Positions 25,268 through 37,800 of a stretch of DNA of 64,000 nucleotides are shown piece after piece. Made by a program: the position numbers and the translations under genes. The notes below the pieces were generated by a model. The model had not been told where the DNA came from and ran no database searches. It saw only the letters and a list, made by a program, of their open reading frames with translations. Each line of letters starts with the position of its first letter. Within the stretch, counting starts at the first letter, position 1. Source of the DNA: Azolla caroliniana (Eukaryota; Plantae; Polypodiophyta); NCBI GenBank assembly GCA_043228905.1, contig JBHGNT010000004.1, positions 8,494,001 to 8,558,000 of the forward strand, given 5' to 3'.

Positions 25268-27718
25268 AATAGGGGTTGGCATATGATATATAATTGCCCT
25301 TTCTAGGTTTGACCAAGGGTATAAAACTAATGGCAATTGGGGATATACATAAACATGTAAATACTCGGTTCAAAGTTTCTCATCTATTAGTGGTCATTGC
25401 TCATTTGCTTTACATTTTTTCACTTGATCAATTTGGCACACCCTCTATTGGTAGTAATTGCTAGTTTTAACATTTTGCTTTGCATTTTTTTTCACTCAAT
25501 CAATTTGGCAAGCAAATAAAATTCTTTCATTTTTTTAGGGTATAAATCACTCCCAAGCTTTCAAGATCTTCACAAAATACAAATACTCTTTCTTTCGAAA
25601 AAACACAAGAACATGTCTAACTTATTCCTAAACCTCGATATTAGGTTCCTAATAATGTGTTGTTTTTTGTGCTTCAGCAAATCTATGCATAAAACTATTC
25701 TCTTTAGGTAAATTTCTAGCCACACATTATGCAATAGGTCATACACCTTGTGCAAACATCCAATCTTCATATCATAACAATTTGATGCCTTATCTTGAGG
25801 GAGTCTCAACAAGGGTTGGTAAAGGGAAGGGGAAGGGCCTACCTTATGTACGACTCCTGCAATCCATCTTGTTCGAGAATAACATTTTATTTCATGAAAC
25901 TTAGATGTCTTATGCAATGGGTAGGAGGCTAATATGGAGTCCATCATTTGGAACGACAATCTTTGCACAACTACTTCATGCAATCATTTCATTTCAACAC
26001 AATGATTATGTATAATACCACCAATATTCTTTTTGCAAACCCCTTCAACTAAACACTCTAGTATTTTTGTATTTGCATTTAGTCTCAAATAACCTTTTCG
26101 CTCTCTTCCCCTTGTAGTACAAGATCAGGCTTCCCATTGTATTTGCATTTTTCGTGTTTTTGTATTGGCAACCATCAAAGAGGTGGCATGTATTTCTTTT
26201 TCTTTTTTACAATAAGCCAAAAGACAGCAAATGTTGTGAGCACCTAATCCTCAACATCATTAAGAGACTAGAGATAGGCTAATTAACATATTGTTTATAT
26301 TTGATATGGTCTAGACAATTCAACGAAATGGATATATAAACAATGATGAAACAAACTCCAAGGGGATCCCCTAGTTACAAGACCACCTAGGGACATAAGC
26401 CTTACAAAGCTACATATTTGTGCCAACATCTACGGACAAGATATCATTATTGTAAAACAATGTATCCCTTACGTGCCTTTGACCAAAGTTAGGGATGCAC
26501 ACACCCATCAATGGATTGGCCTTGGCTTGATAGATAATGGTCAGTGTTGTTGTAACATACTTTGGCTTCTACTTAATTGACTGTGTAAGCATACGACTGA
26601 ACTATGTTAAGCAAGTGGTTATGAGAGAAACCCTTGGCCTAGGGTTTTGAGTAGGTCCTCACACTTAATAAGGTGAAGTTCATAAGGACTAGCACTAGTC
26701 AAGACCAAATAAGGGGAAGCACATAAGGACTATGCAAGAGCCAAGACGAGGTGTTTGACATGGAGTAAGAAACTAGAGTCAAATCCATAAGGCCTGCATA
26801 AATTTACATGGCCTCAACCAGAGTCATTGCCACATGAATAGATAAGGGAGTACCTGTGTGGGCAAAGAATGGGTCAAGAACATGTGACCTAAGTAGGGAG
26901 AAGTTGTTCAGATGGACTGAGAAAAAGTTTTGAGGCCATAACACTTCAAGATGGGGGTGGGGCGTTCACAATGGGCTAAATAAAGCACGAGTCGATGGCC
27001 TACCTTGGATTCTTGCATTACTTCCAAAGATTTCAATTGGGACAGTATTTAACCAAGGTCTCGCTAATTACATTTCTGAACACCAAAGCTGTAGGTAATT
27101 CCCCCATTACACAACACATTCATAATAGATAGCTTAGACCATCTTTTGATTTACTGAATCATTGAGATTATCCTTAGGGGCAAGGTCCTCAGCAGAAATA
27201 ACCAAAAAAAACAGAGATATGCCTGCCAGCCATTGCCAAACCATCTATTCTTTCTTTGCTGGGATGAACCTTTTCTCTCAAAATATATGACCCAAATGGA
27301 AGAACGAATGAATAATGCCAGAACAATGAGAGAGTTTGCAGTGTTAAGAATAATAGTCTTCCGAACAAATACATAAGACTGGTTGGGCCTCTATTACACA
27401 AAGCTTTCAAGGGCGTAGAAAGCTTCTTTTTTCTTCTTCTTCATCATCATCTTCTTCTTTCCTTGCAATGCCACAGGAAAAGATGATAAACTTAAGGGAG
27501 TGTTAATAAATGTCAAATGGGCATTATATAATAATAATGCAGCTCAAGGAATGAGAGTATTGATATTCATATTTATATCAAAGACCATTGTAAATGCTTC
27601 TTCTTCTTCTTCTTCTTCTTCTATATCTCCACAGGTTTCTCAAGGCCCTCTAATAGGGGGAGCCAAAAAGCATTGCTTTCGCCACCACAACTTCCCCTTA
27701 TTTTAAAAAGAATGGTTT

Positions 27719-30700
27719 CTAACTATCCTGTTTCTCAGAATTTGTATAGGTAGGTGCTTGAAGCACAGAGTCTTCAACTGGTTCTGGAAAGATTTCACTT
27801 GATCCAGGTCGTCTCTGAGACACTTCTCCTTGGCCGCCACCACTTCCTTGAGATCCACCATTTGTGTGTTGCTTTGACATGTTCTTCTGCAAGTGTTCTT
27901 CTCGTAAAGAGCCAGGAATCACTACTGCTTCTGATGAGTTATGTCTCCAGCTACCAAAGAAGGCAGCATTCCATGACCCATGTGAAGAACCTCGAGATCT
28001 CCCAGACCCATTCAGCTTATCTTCTCTTACCACTTTCAATGGGTTCTCTAAGGCTTTCAATATGTATCTCATTAGTGGCCTCTTAGTGGGCTTTGGGTTG
28101 AGGCAGGTCTTTGCCACTATAGACATGGCCCAAACCTCCTCCAACAGATCTTCATCTACTAACAGACTTGGGTCTAGAATCTTGCTAATAGACTCTTTGT
28201 CATCTATATTGATGAGGCTGAGTGCCCACTCAATCCATGTTTCTGTTGAAGGGTCTGTTGACCCACTAATCCCAAGCTTTCCTGAAACAAGCTCCAGAAG
28301 CACTTTTCCGAAGCAGTATACATCATACGCACATGTTGGAGCACTACCTGAAAATACACATGGTCTTATCTCAATCCAACGACAAATATAAACCAATCTG
28401 CGGAGACTAGATTTTAGCTTATATAAGTAAGGGCTAAGTCAAATCTATTACCTGCTGCTTCTCCATGCTCTGATGTCCTGTTTCAAAGAAAAAATAGGAT
28501 CTTTTAAGAATATGTCAATCATGTACGCAACTTGAGTGAGACAATGTACTTAAGTTTTTCTTTTCAATGATCTCTTCTAAACATGTAATTAAATAGACAA
28601 AACAGTAACTAATTGTTAGACAAGGAAAACCATATGGTAAGAATGCTTGAGTTCTTCCAGGCCGAGGGTCAGAGGTAAGGCAAGTAGCATAAACCCTGAG
28701 CTGCTTTTGGTGACTATGACTGAAGTATGTATGTGGCTGCACAGAAATTTTGTGTTCAAAGAAGTGCTCAAAGTCTCTTCTGTAAGAATTTGGGCTTGAA
28801 TGGCCAAATTGTTACAGATTGTGTTTTGGATGTTGAATGTCCAAGTGCTGCAATCATAGTGGAATACACGTTTGCTATTGAGCTCAATCTTTTTAATATT
28901 CGCATTGCTCACTATAATAAACTTAAAGGAATGCAACTAGCATAAACCCTGAGATTGTGCTTTTGGTGACTATGACTGAAGTATGTATGTGGTTTCACAG
29001 CAACTTTGTGTTCAAAGAAGTGCTGAAAGTCTCTTCTATAAGAATTTGGGCTTGAATGGCCAAATTGTTACAGATTGTGTTTTGGATGTTGAATGTCCTA
29101 GTGCTGCAATCATAGTGGAATACACGTTTGCAATTGAACTCAATTTTGTTAATATTCTCATCGCTCACTATAATAAACTTAAAGGAATGCGAAGAATGTC
29201 ATTTGGTTCATCAAGGCATGAGCATTGATTTTGTTCCATAGTTATGATGCTGGTCTCTAGTTGGAAGTCATAAATGTGCCCTATCATCAAATGATCCACA
29301 GGCACCACAAAATTAAAATAGAGCCAGATTCTATGCATAACATTATATGTGCAATGTTAATTCAAGCAAGAGTAGGAGGTTCAACTTAAAACCTGAAAGC
29401 AACTGACTTACTGGGATCGACGGAGTATGCGTGAAAAAACTCCCAGATGTGATTCCCCCATCGCTACACATGCATCTGATAAGCTTCCCAACCTCACTTC
29501 AAACTTGTCATCCAGGAGGATACTGCTAGCTTGCACATCCCTGCAGCAAAACAGAGAAGCTTACTTCAAATGTTCAGCGTGTTTTAAACCATATCTTAAA
29601 AGCACAGACAGAGCTTAATATCACTCAAGTTAGACAGCGTCCACAAAATTACTTTAAAAAAATGTGGTTGCAATTATAAAATAATATCCTACTCTCAATG
29701 TTGGATGACACTCGGATGATAAGGTCACTAGTCACAGAACAGATATCAACACCGCATTTTTATTCAAAATCAGGGCGTAAAATAGAAGCATTCTGATGTT
29801 TAAATCGTTTTTCTTTGAATTCCACTAACCAGAAAACCATATAAAATCTGGCTTGCATCTAATATTAGAATTCAAAGGTCAACGTTTTATCAGGACCATC
29901 TAAACAATGGGTTCATCTCAGAATTGATAAATTCTAAAGGATAAAAAGCTAGCCATGTGATGATGATTCATCCATAGCCTTAGCTAGACATATCAAGACT
30001 TCAGTTTCTATTGTTTTTTGAGCCTCGAGCATCGTGGAGATTCACAATCATTGTAACTTATGCATTATAAATCAATGCTGCATCCTTAAGGGTATTGATA
30101 GTTAAGATATATACCTGTGCACAAGAGGAGGAGAGCACTCATGATGAAGGTATGCAAGACCTTCCGCCGCTCCAATAGCAATCTTCAATCGAGTTATCCA
30201 ATCCAGTGAAGGCAAAGAATCCTCCGAGATATCATCCACATTCTTCTTGTGTAGAGCAAAACCTAGATCCCGTCCTGGCATGAATTTATACACAAGCAAT
30301 TTCTCTTCTTCCAGTTCAAAGCAATGGCCTAACAAAGGCACCAACCTTGTGTGAGAAGCTTTGCCAAAAATTTCGAGCTCCGCAAAGTACCCTTCCTTTC
30401 TCACTTTAGAAAAGTCTATTCTTTTCACTACCACAGCAACACCTCCTTCAAGAGTACCTTGGTAGAGGTCTCCTGAATGCCCAGATTTTAATATGTTTGA
30501 AAGCTCGAATCCTCCAGTAGCCTGATGTAGTTGAGCATACGTGAAATTCTCTCCAAGGCAAACCAGATTAACTGAAACATTTCCAGGAAAAGGTGGAGAC
30601 AATACACCTTTCTTAGATAACACTGAAACTGGCTCTCCTTGCTCCTGTTTATTTCTCTTTCTTCTTGATCTCAAACAGAATACAAACAAAAGGATGAGAG

Positions 30701-32018
30701 ATAAGAGGCCTAGGCCCCCGAAAATTGTTCCCAAGATGATCGAAACCTTATGATCTTTCTTAATCGCATCATGAACTGATATGCTCTGAGAAGGTGCAGC
30801 TGTGGCACCTTGGAATGTGAGTCCCCTCTCTGCATAAAATGACTGACATGTCTCTAAGCTTCGTTGATTCACCACATTAGTAAAACAATTATCGTCCAGC
30901 AGAGCACCAGAAACAAAAGGAACAGGAAGAGACCCCTCAAAATAGTTGTTTGAAAGGTCCAACAAAATTATCTCTGAGAGATTCTCTGATGCAAATGGTA
31001 TGGTGCCATACAAGAAGTTATTTGAGAGTGATATATTTTGAGCTTGAGCAAAACCTGAAGGAAAAGAACCAGTGAGATTGTTGGAGAAGAGGTTAAGGGT
31101 AGTGATGTTTGGTAGTGTTCCGAGCCAAGCTGGAATCGATCCTGTGATAGCATTTTGATCCAATGAGAGGATTTCTAAATATATGCAATTAGAAAGGGCA
31201 TCCGGGATTACATCATTTAGCATATTCTGAGACAATGTGAGAGAAATCAGTGATGCCAAGCTTCCTAAGGAAGCAGGGATCGAACCACTCAGACTATTGA
31301 ATCCGAGATTGAGATCTTTTAGAGAAGATACTGAACCAAGAGAGGCGGGTATGGAACCTGTAAGATTGTTGTAAGAGAGGTCGAGTGAGGTGAGGTTCGT
31401 GAGGTTACCCAGAGATGAGGGAATGGAACCTGTGAGGTTATTATGAGCTATCGAAAGCTTCTGAAGCTGGCTAAGGTTTCCCATGGAGGAAGGTATCAAA
31501 GAAATTATGGAGGAAGAGGAAAGGTCGAGGATCTGCAGAGAAGACAGAGACAAACCGATCCAGTCTGGGATCTGGCCTGGCAAAGAGAAACCTGAAGAGT
31601 TGAACGAGATGAGACGTGTGAGGTTTTGCAGGGGTTCAACTGAGAAGGTAGGATTTAACGCGCCTTTGGCTGTTCTTCTGAGACCTGTGAGTGTTATAGA
31701 GATGACATAGCCATCGTTACTGCAGGTAATTCCTTTCCATACAAGGCACGCATCTGTTTTCCGAGGCCAATATTTGCTTCTGATACCTAGCGAAGCTCTG
31801 AGAGAGAGTAACGTGACTGCATCGGATCTGTTAATAGCTGCAATAGATTCCGTGGCGAGTAATCTCGCAGAAGAAGAAGAAGAAGAAGCTAAGGAAGCCT
31901 CTTCTCCTTCTTCTGCCTCTTCCTCGATGCCTTCCCTTGACAATATTTGGCTTAGTCCAGCTATTATTAGTATCACAAAGCTCAGAAAAAACAGAAGATT
32001 TCGTGCTTTTGAAGGCAT
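27719..32018 (-). CDS. LRR receptor-like kinase, LRR-XIV / At2g16250-like, atypical kinase domain
   Basis: Signal peptide, LRRNT (C..WKGITC), LxxLxLSxNxLxGxIP repeats, TM, kinase. Exons 32018-30115, 29540-29412, 28477-28452 (26 nt), 28347-27719. HRDVQASSILLDDKFEVRLGSL is characteristic of this clade. Confidence 0.9.
28685..29190. repeat. About 250-bp tandem duplication in RLK intron 2
   Basis: tagcataaaccctgag...aaacttaaaggaatgc at 28685-28934 and 28938-29190. Confidence 0.92.
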
Positions 32019-32122
32019 TGGATCAAAGTTTGTGCATAAGCCCTGTATTACTGTGACTAAGCAGACGAAGGTTATGATCAGTCAGCTCTAATCTCTCTGC
32101 CTTTTCTTTCACGTCGATATTG

Positions 32123-32245
32123 CTAAGCCTCTGATTTCTCATTCAATCGATCAAAAATCCCTACTGAGCAGGGAATGTCTGAAACCCAAGATATGGTCAC
32201 CTTCTGAATCATGAAACTCCATAGATCAGTAGTACAGGCCGCCAT
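32123..32245 (-). other. Candidate 40-aa upstream ORF of the LRR-RLK
   Basis: ATG in gcagcaATGG context. MAACTTDLWSFMIQKVTISWVSDIPCSVGIFDRLNEKSEA*, ending 104 nt before the RLK ATG. Confidence 0.4.
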
Positions 32246-33889
32246 TGCTGCTGAGCTCAATCTAGAAGAAGTCGATCACACAGAAAACGGAAGAAAGGAA
32301 GGAAAGAGGGGGAGAGGTTGCTTCTTTCCTTCGAGTAATGGACGAAGGGGGAGGCCCTCTCCAAGGTTCCATTAAAGCTGCATACTGTCAATGAAACTGA
32401 GAGTGTGAATAAGAGAGAGAGATAAGAGGAGCAGCAGGAGGAGGGTAAAAATTTAAGTTTGGTTGGCTATGGCGAAAGAGGGAGGGAGGGAGCTTTTGCA
32501 GGTGGTCCTCAGAGATGTCTTTTGCGAGCTTCTCCTTACATATGACGCCGCTGCATTTGCAGAGAGAAAGATCTGATGGAGAGAGAGAGAGAGAGAGAAA
32601 GAAAGAAAGAAAGAAAAGAAGAGCTTTTACTGATATGATTACTTGTTACAGAGAGTGGAGAAACTGAGGCATCAGAGAAAAGAAGGGGGGAAAAGAAGAA
32701 GAAGAAGAAGAAGAGGCTCTGGTCGTCATCTCCATTAAACGCCGCCGCTCGTGTCTGTCTAAAAGGGCTGCTGCCTCCCCCTCTCAGAGAAAAATCAGGA
32801 ACTGCGCATTTAGCAGAGACGTCGCAGTCTTCTTCTTCTTCTTCTCGTTATTCAGAAAGTAAGTAAGTAACACACACTCTCTCTTTCTCTGCTCTTCTTT
32901 CTTCTTCTAGTGACAGAAGCGAGAGCTTGATTGAGAGAGAACAAAACAGCTCAGTAGAAGAAGAGCTCTGTCTGTCTGTCTGTCTCTGACTCTCTCTCTC
33001 TCTCTCTCTCTCTAAAAGGAATGGTACAGATCTGAGTCGTCTTTCTGCTGATTATTATGTACAGCTAAAGGAAAGAGAACCCCCCAACCCACCTCTCTCA
33101 GTCCTTCCTCCTGCTCTGCTCTCGAGACATGGTTTCTCGATGAGAACGCGCGATCACAGCTTTTCTTTTACATACATACATACATACATACATATACAAC
33201 TTCAGAGGAGAAAGAAAAAAAAACAAGAAAAAAAGAAAAAAGCTACTCCTCCTCGCAAAGGGTCGTCGTCTGCGAATGGCAGAACTCTTTCCTTTCTGTG
33301 TGAAGAAGAATCGAAAAGGAAAAGGGTAGATCGATCTTTTTTTTCTCTGTGTTTTGAAGAAAAAGAGTGGCCGTCCTTCTGTTGTTCTGTCTATCTACTG
33401 TGTGTGTGCGCGCGTGCGTCTAGCTATGGCGACACAGTGCAGCAGCTCCTAGTCGTCCGTCTGCTCTGTGTATGTCTTCAGAAGACCACAACCGTATGGA
33501 TGGGATGGGATGGGACCAAACCGGAACTATAAATGTATTGTATACATACATATGTATGTCCATCCGATCCGTCCGTCCGCCCATGATCGCAGACAAAGCT
33601 TTGTAGCCTGAATTGTACTTGTAACCCCCCCCCCCCCCCCCCCCCCAAATCTCCTCGTTCCTGTGTGACAAGATTTCGTAGAGGTTCTCCACTTGGGATC
33701 TAACAAAAAGCATGCCAACCTTTGTTCGTTCCGTTTATTTTACAGACTCGAAAAGCTTGTAAATTGCATAGCTATGTGAAAATCGATTGTACATCTGTGA
33801 GCCTTCGCATCCCCGTCCGTAGTTCGCTTCATAGTTCCGAAGTCATAGAAATCACAAGAACCGCCGCAGTATGATCCTCAATACCTACT

Positions 33890-34810
33890 TTGACCCCTCT
33901 CCTCCCCATAGATCGTATATCCAGTATATCAAACACAAGAGTAGTATAAGCATCGTACATAGCCTTTCGAACTAACTACTTAATGTAAGTAGATACCTAT
34001 AGCTAAAAGCGGTGCAATTCAGTGTCGGCCAATACGAGTCGACTCCTGTGGCCTACAACGAAGGGAGGGTGGGAGGTGAGTAGGAAACTGCCAACGTGGG
34101 GGCTGGTAGTTCCACCTCATGCCATTTCCTCCTTGCGTCACCATCAGCGTGTTCCGCCATTTCTGCCAAAAGCACAAACGGGTAGTGACCATGTCGTTGG
34201 AGTTGTTGCAAACCTTGTCCAATTGCCCTTGTAGGCATCGTGAACCATATATCCATGATCACTTCCTCCAAGGGGCGTACCGGAACTTGGAAGACTTTTA
34301 GGCAACGTGCTTTCCATACATACCAGTGAAGCCTACGATCAACATCCAAATCTCCCGGAACCTAGGGGATGTGGTTTGCAAGCATCTCGCAAAATCGGGT
34401 CTTGACGATTTTGCCTTTCGTGCATTCATAGCACTAACTGTCCACATTGAAGGCGTCCGTCCAACTATCAACCGAGTGATTGATCCAAGCCGTAGTGCTC
34501 CACAATGTTGTTCCTTCCACTTCACATGCCGCAAGGAGGCGAATCACTCTATCCCATACCTTTTGAGCTTGAGGGCGATCCCATAGACAATGTCTTTGAG
34601 TCTCAATAGGTGAAGAGCAAAGTGGGCAACCTATCGGGTTGCCACGTGGGAACCACATTATGACCGATCTGCCACCAAAAGAGCTTGATCTTTTCAGGCA
34701 TGTGGAGACGCCAAAAGACCCTTCCAAAAGGTAATGAGCACCTCATCAGGGATGCCCAATGTTCACCAACCATTGCCTTGAACTTGGCCGGAGGGTGATT
34801 CCCCAATTTA
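33890..34810 (-). mobile_element. LINE (L1-like) ORF2 3' fragment with zf-RVT domain
   Basis: WRLHMPEKIKLFWWQIGHNVVPT, CPLCSSPIETQRHCLWDRPQAQKVW, LHWYVWKARC. Frameshifted; ends approximate. Confidence 0.75.
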
Positions 34811-37800
34811 TGTATAAGCCACCTTGTATAGTCTCTTTGTAATAATCTCTCCTAACTAATGGGAAAGTACCTTCATTTTGGGAAAAAAGAGAGTAGTTTA
34901 AGCATCAATGTGAAGTTGAAAGAAAGAAGAGAAGCACATGCACCATCGAGAACTCGGGCTGTGAGTTAAAAACCACGCCTGGATTAAAACCAAAACTCTT
35001 TTCATTTCTAATTGTCGATCGAAAACACGATTGAATCTAAGGGAGGTTCTAGAAATCAAACATGTTAAAGATTATAAATGAATATTTAGAACGAAAACTT
35101 CAAACAAATTTGTATCAGCATTAAGAGTTGACACATTAAGTCTAGGGTAGTTTCATTTCATCATGGATATGAAGTGACACAGATGACCATCTTCGTCTAA
35201 TCTTACTTCCTAATCAATATCATGTTTCTGTGTAACAATGCTTAGTGGTTTCGGTGTGTAATGATGACTTTTTGCATGATAGTGTTGGAGTCCGATTTGT
35301 TCATTCTCCTAACCACACCATTCAAGCCCTTGACCTTTCTATTATCTTTTGTGTTTTCTTGTTGAAGCTCAAGAGATAAGAGTCCCACTTTTGCAAAATA
35401 TCTCATGTAATGATACCAATAACTGCTAATGATATGGCATGTGTATTGACTGGAGATCATGCCTACCATACAATTCCTCAAGACAAAGGAAGAGGCACCT
35501 TTGTGCATGTACATTGATCCCATGACCCAATCAAAAACATGTCTCCCAAAGGAATACACTTCTTCACTTGATGTATGTTTGACCCTACAATTTTCTATAT
35601 CATTACATTGAAAATTTCAAAGCCCATAGAAGTTTATTTTGTCCACTAGTTCGTTATCGTTGCTTTCAAATGTGTCAAGACGATTGCGCCAAGCAAATGC
35701 ATGACCTTTTTCTATTACAAATCAAAACGTCAACCATACGACTCTTAAGCCAACATTGTACACTAATATCGGAATGACAAGAAATGCACATACACTCGAG
35801 GGCAAATCAATAAGCTGGGTGTCAGGCATATTTAATAAAGTCTCAAAGCTAACAAATAGAGCTGAAGATGTAGGTCCCTCCCATGGAAATTGACAAAACA
35901 ATATATAGACTACTTTGGGATTTGCGTGCCATTTGCCAAAAACAAAAAGACTAACCACAAAAGCCCTATTGATGTGTTAAAGGAAAGTTCACACTTATGG
36001 AGCCGATTTATAATGCGGGAATATGAATCTAAGGTTCCTCAAAAGACATTTGTCAAACATGGCGTTTGCGTGCCTACATGCATTTCTGTCAGCATGTGAC
36101 CCTAGGTGTACCTTTCCAAGTTTGGTGTTTGTATTATGGCCATACACCAAAATTGTGGCAACATAAGTTGCTAGCCTTGTTGAAAATGTTGCGTTGTTAT
36201 ATTAATATAGTTAGCATTGTGTCAAAGTTTAAGTTATTTGTGTCTATGCGCGTATCGAAGCTCCTCTTCTCCATGCCAAACACAAGCACACCTTTCCACC
36301 TAACTTTAGTTAAAACTGCAACCATAGTTAGGGATTTTAATTGTTTTTCATTTCATGTTGAGAGAAGCTCCAATTATTTGGGCAAAATGGATTTTAAGCA
36401 TGTGTTTGACTCCATGGTTATGTTCATAGGAAACAAATAACCTGATAACAAACAACATTTATGGAGTAGCTACATTGTTGTCGTGGGTTTGCCAGCTTGT
36501 TGTTAGAAATATTTGTCATAACATTTCTATGCCCCTAATTTTAATGTTACAAAGTGATAGTTTCGTCTTCCTTCTTTTTTTACCCAGTTTTATCTCCAAT
36601 GACTAGTACCTTGTATTGATAAAACTTTGTCGTAAGAGCATCATAATATATAAATGGACAAAGGTATACGAAAACATGGGAGTTGGTAAAAATGAATAAA
36701 AAGATGGGCAACGAGAACATAATATTGTTAAAAACTTTTTCTTTACGATAATTTCTCATTTGGTCACTACACAAAGCGAGAAAATGGTAAGGCAACTTTT
36801 GTGTTGCATCGTTTCTACAACAACATAGAGAACCATTTGTGGAATAGTAACTTGTCACATCGTCTATCTATCATGATTCAAAATGTGACTTGTATATCCT
36901 TTATTACTAACCGAAGCATTTGTAGGTTGTTATTAATAGCCATTACTTATCGCGTTGATTGCCCTTTCTAAGAAATTTAATACGCAACACCCATCGAGAC
37001 TCTCGAAAGTTTACAGTCCTTTATGCTTGCTTTTGTTTTTAAATAACTCCACCACCACCCCTAGCACCTCCTTTGCAAAACATATATGGTTTTAATGAAA
37101 TGTCCATCTTATTTGTCACTAGACTTCTCAATTATCTATATTGCCCTATATAAGTCCTACATGTACTTAAAGTTACTAGGGCTAAAATGCCAATTTGTTA
37201 ATGATCAGCAAACTTAGAACTTTAAATATCAATATAGACAATCATACAAATAAAAATACATAAAACATAATGGGCAATACGAGACCGATATACATGTGGG
37301 TCAGCTTTACTTCTACATTATGAAGCACAAGAAACAGAGTCCTTCTTTGTCGTCACTATGAGTTTGCCTGTCCTCAACTTTGCTAAAAAATTTATATTTT
37401 TTAAATACGAATAAAAAACCTTGTAGAAATCCTCCTTTGATATACCAAGGATAAATACCATCATTCCAAAACTAAACAAGACATTAGATGCTAAAGTGCA
37501 ATCTGCAAGGGTTTCATTTACATGTATGTTAATGCATATGCGGGCACGTGTTGTAAGGGATAAGCCACTAGGTGGATGAATAAATGGCTCATAATTTTCG
37601 AATATAATGGACTTTGGTTAAACAATAACCTCGAGGTTTATAGCCTTTAGATAATGAATTCAAACTTAACCTTTTAGCTCCATAATCGCTCAGGAATCGA
37701 GAAACCCTTCACATGTCAGCACATGTCCCAACTAATAATGGACTTACAATTGCCTGGGATATATTTCATGTATCCAATAACATGTAAACTAATAGTTCCT

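Noticed and set aside
25570-27000. ORF with an RTRW motif suggesting a hAT transposase remnant
   Set aside because: A single short motif is not enough to assign a family.
32400-33720. ORFs 33140-33532 and 33420-33718
   Set aside because: They derive from microsatellites and homopolymers in the RLK upstream region.
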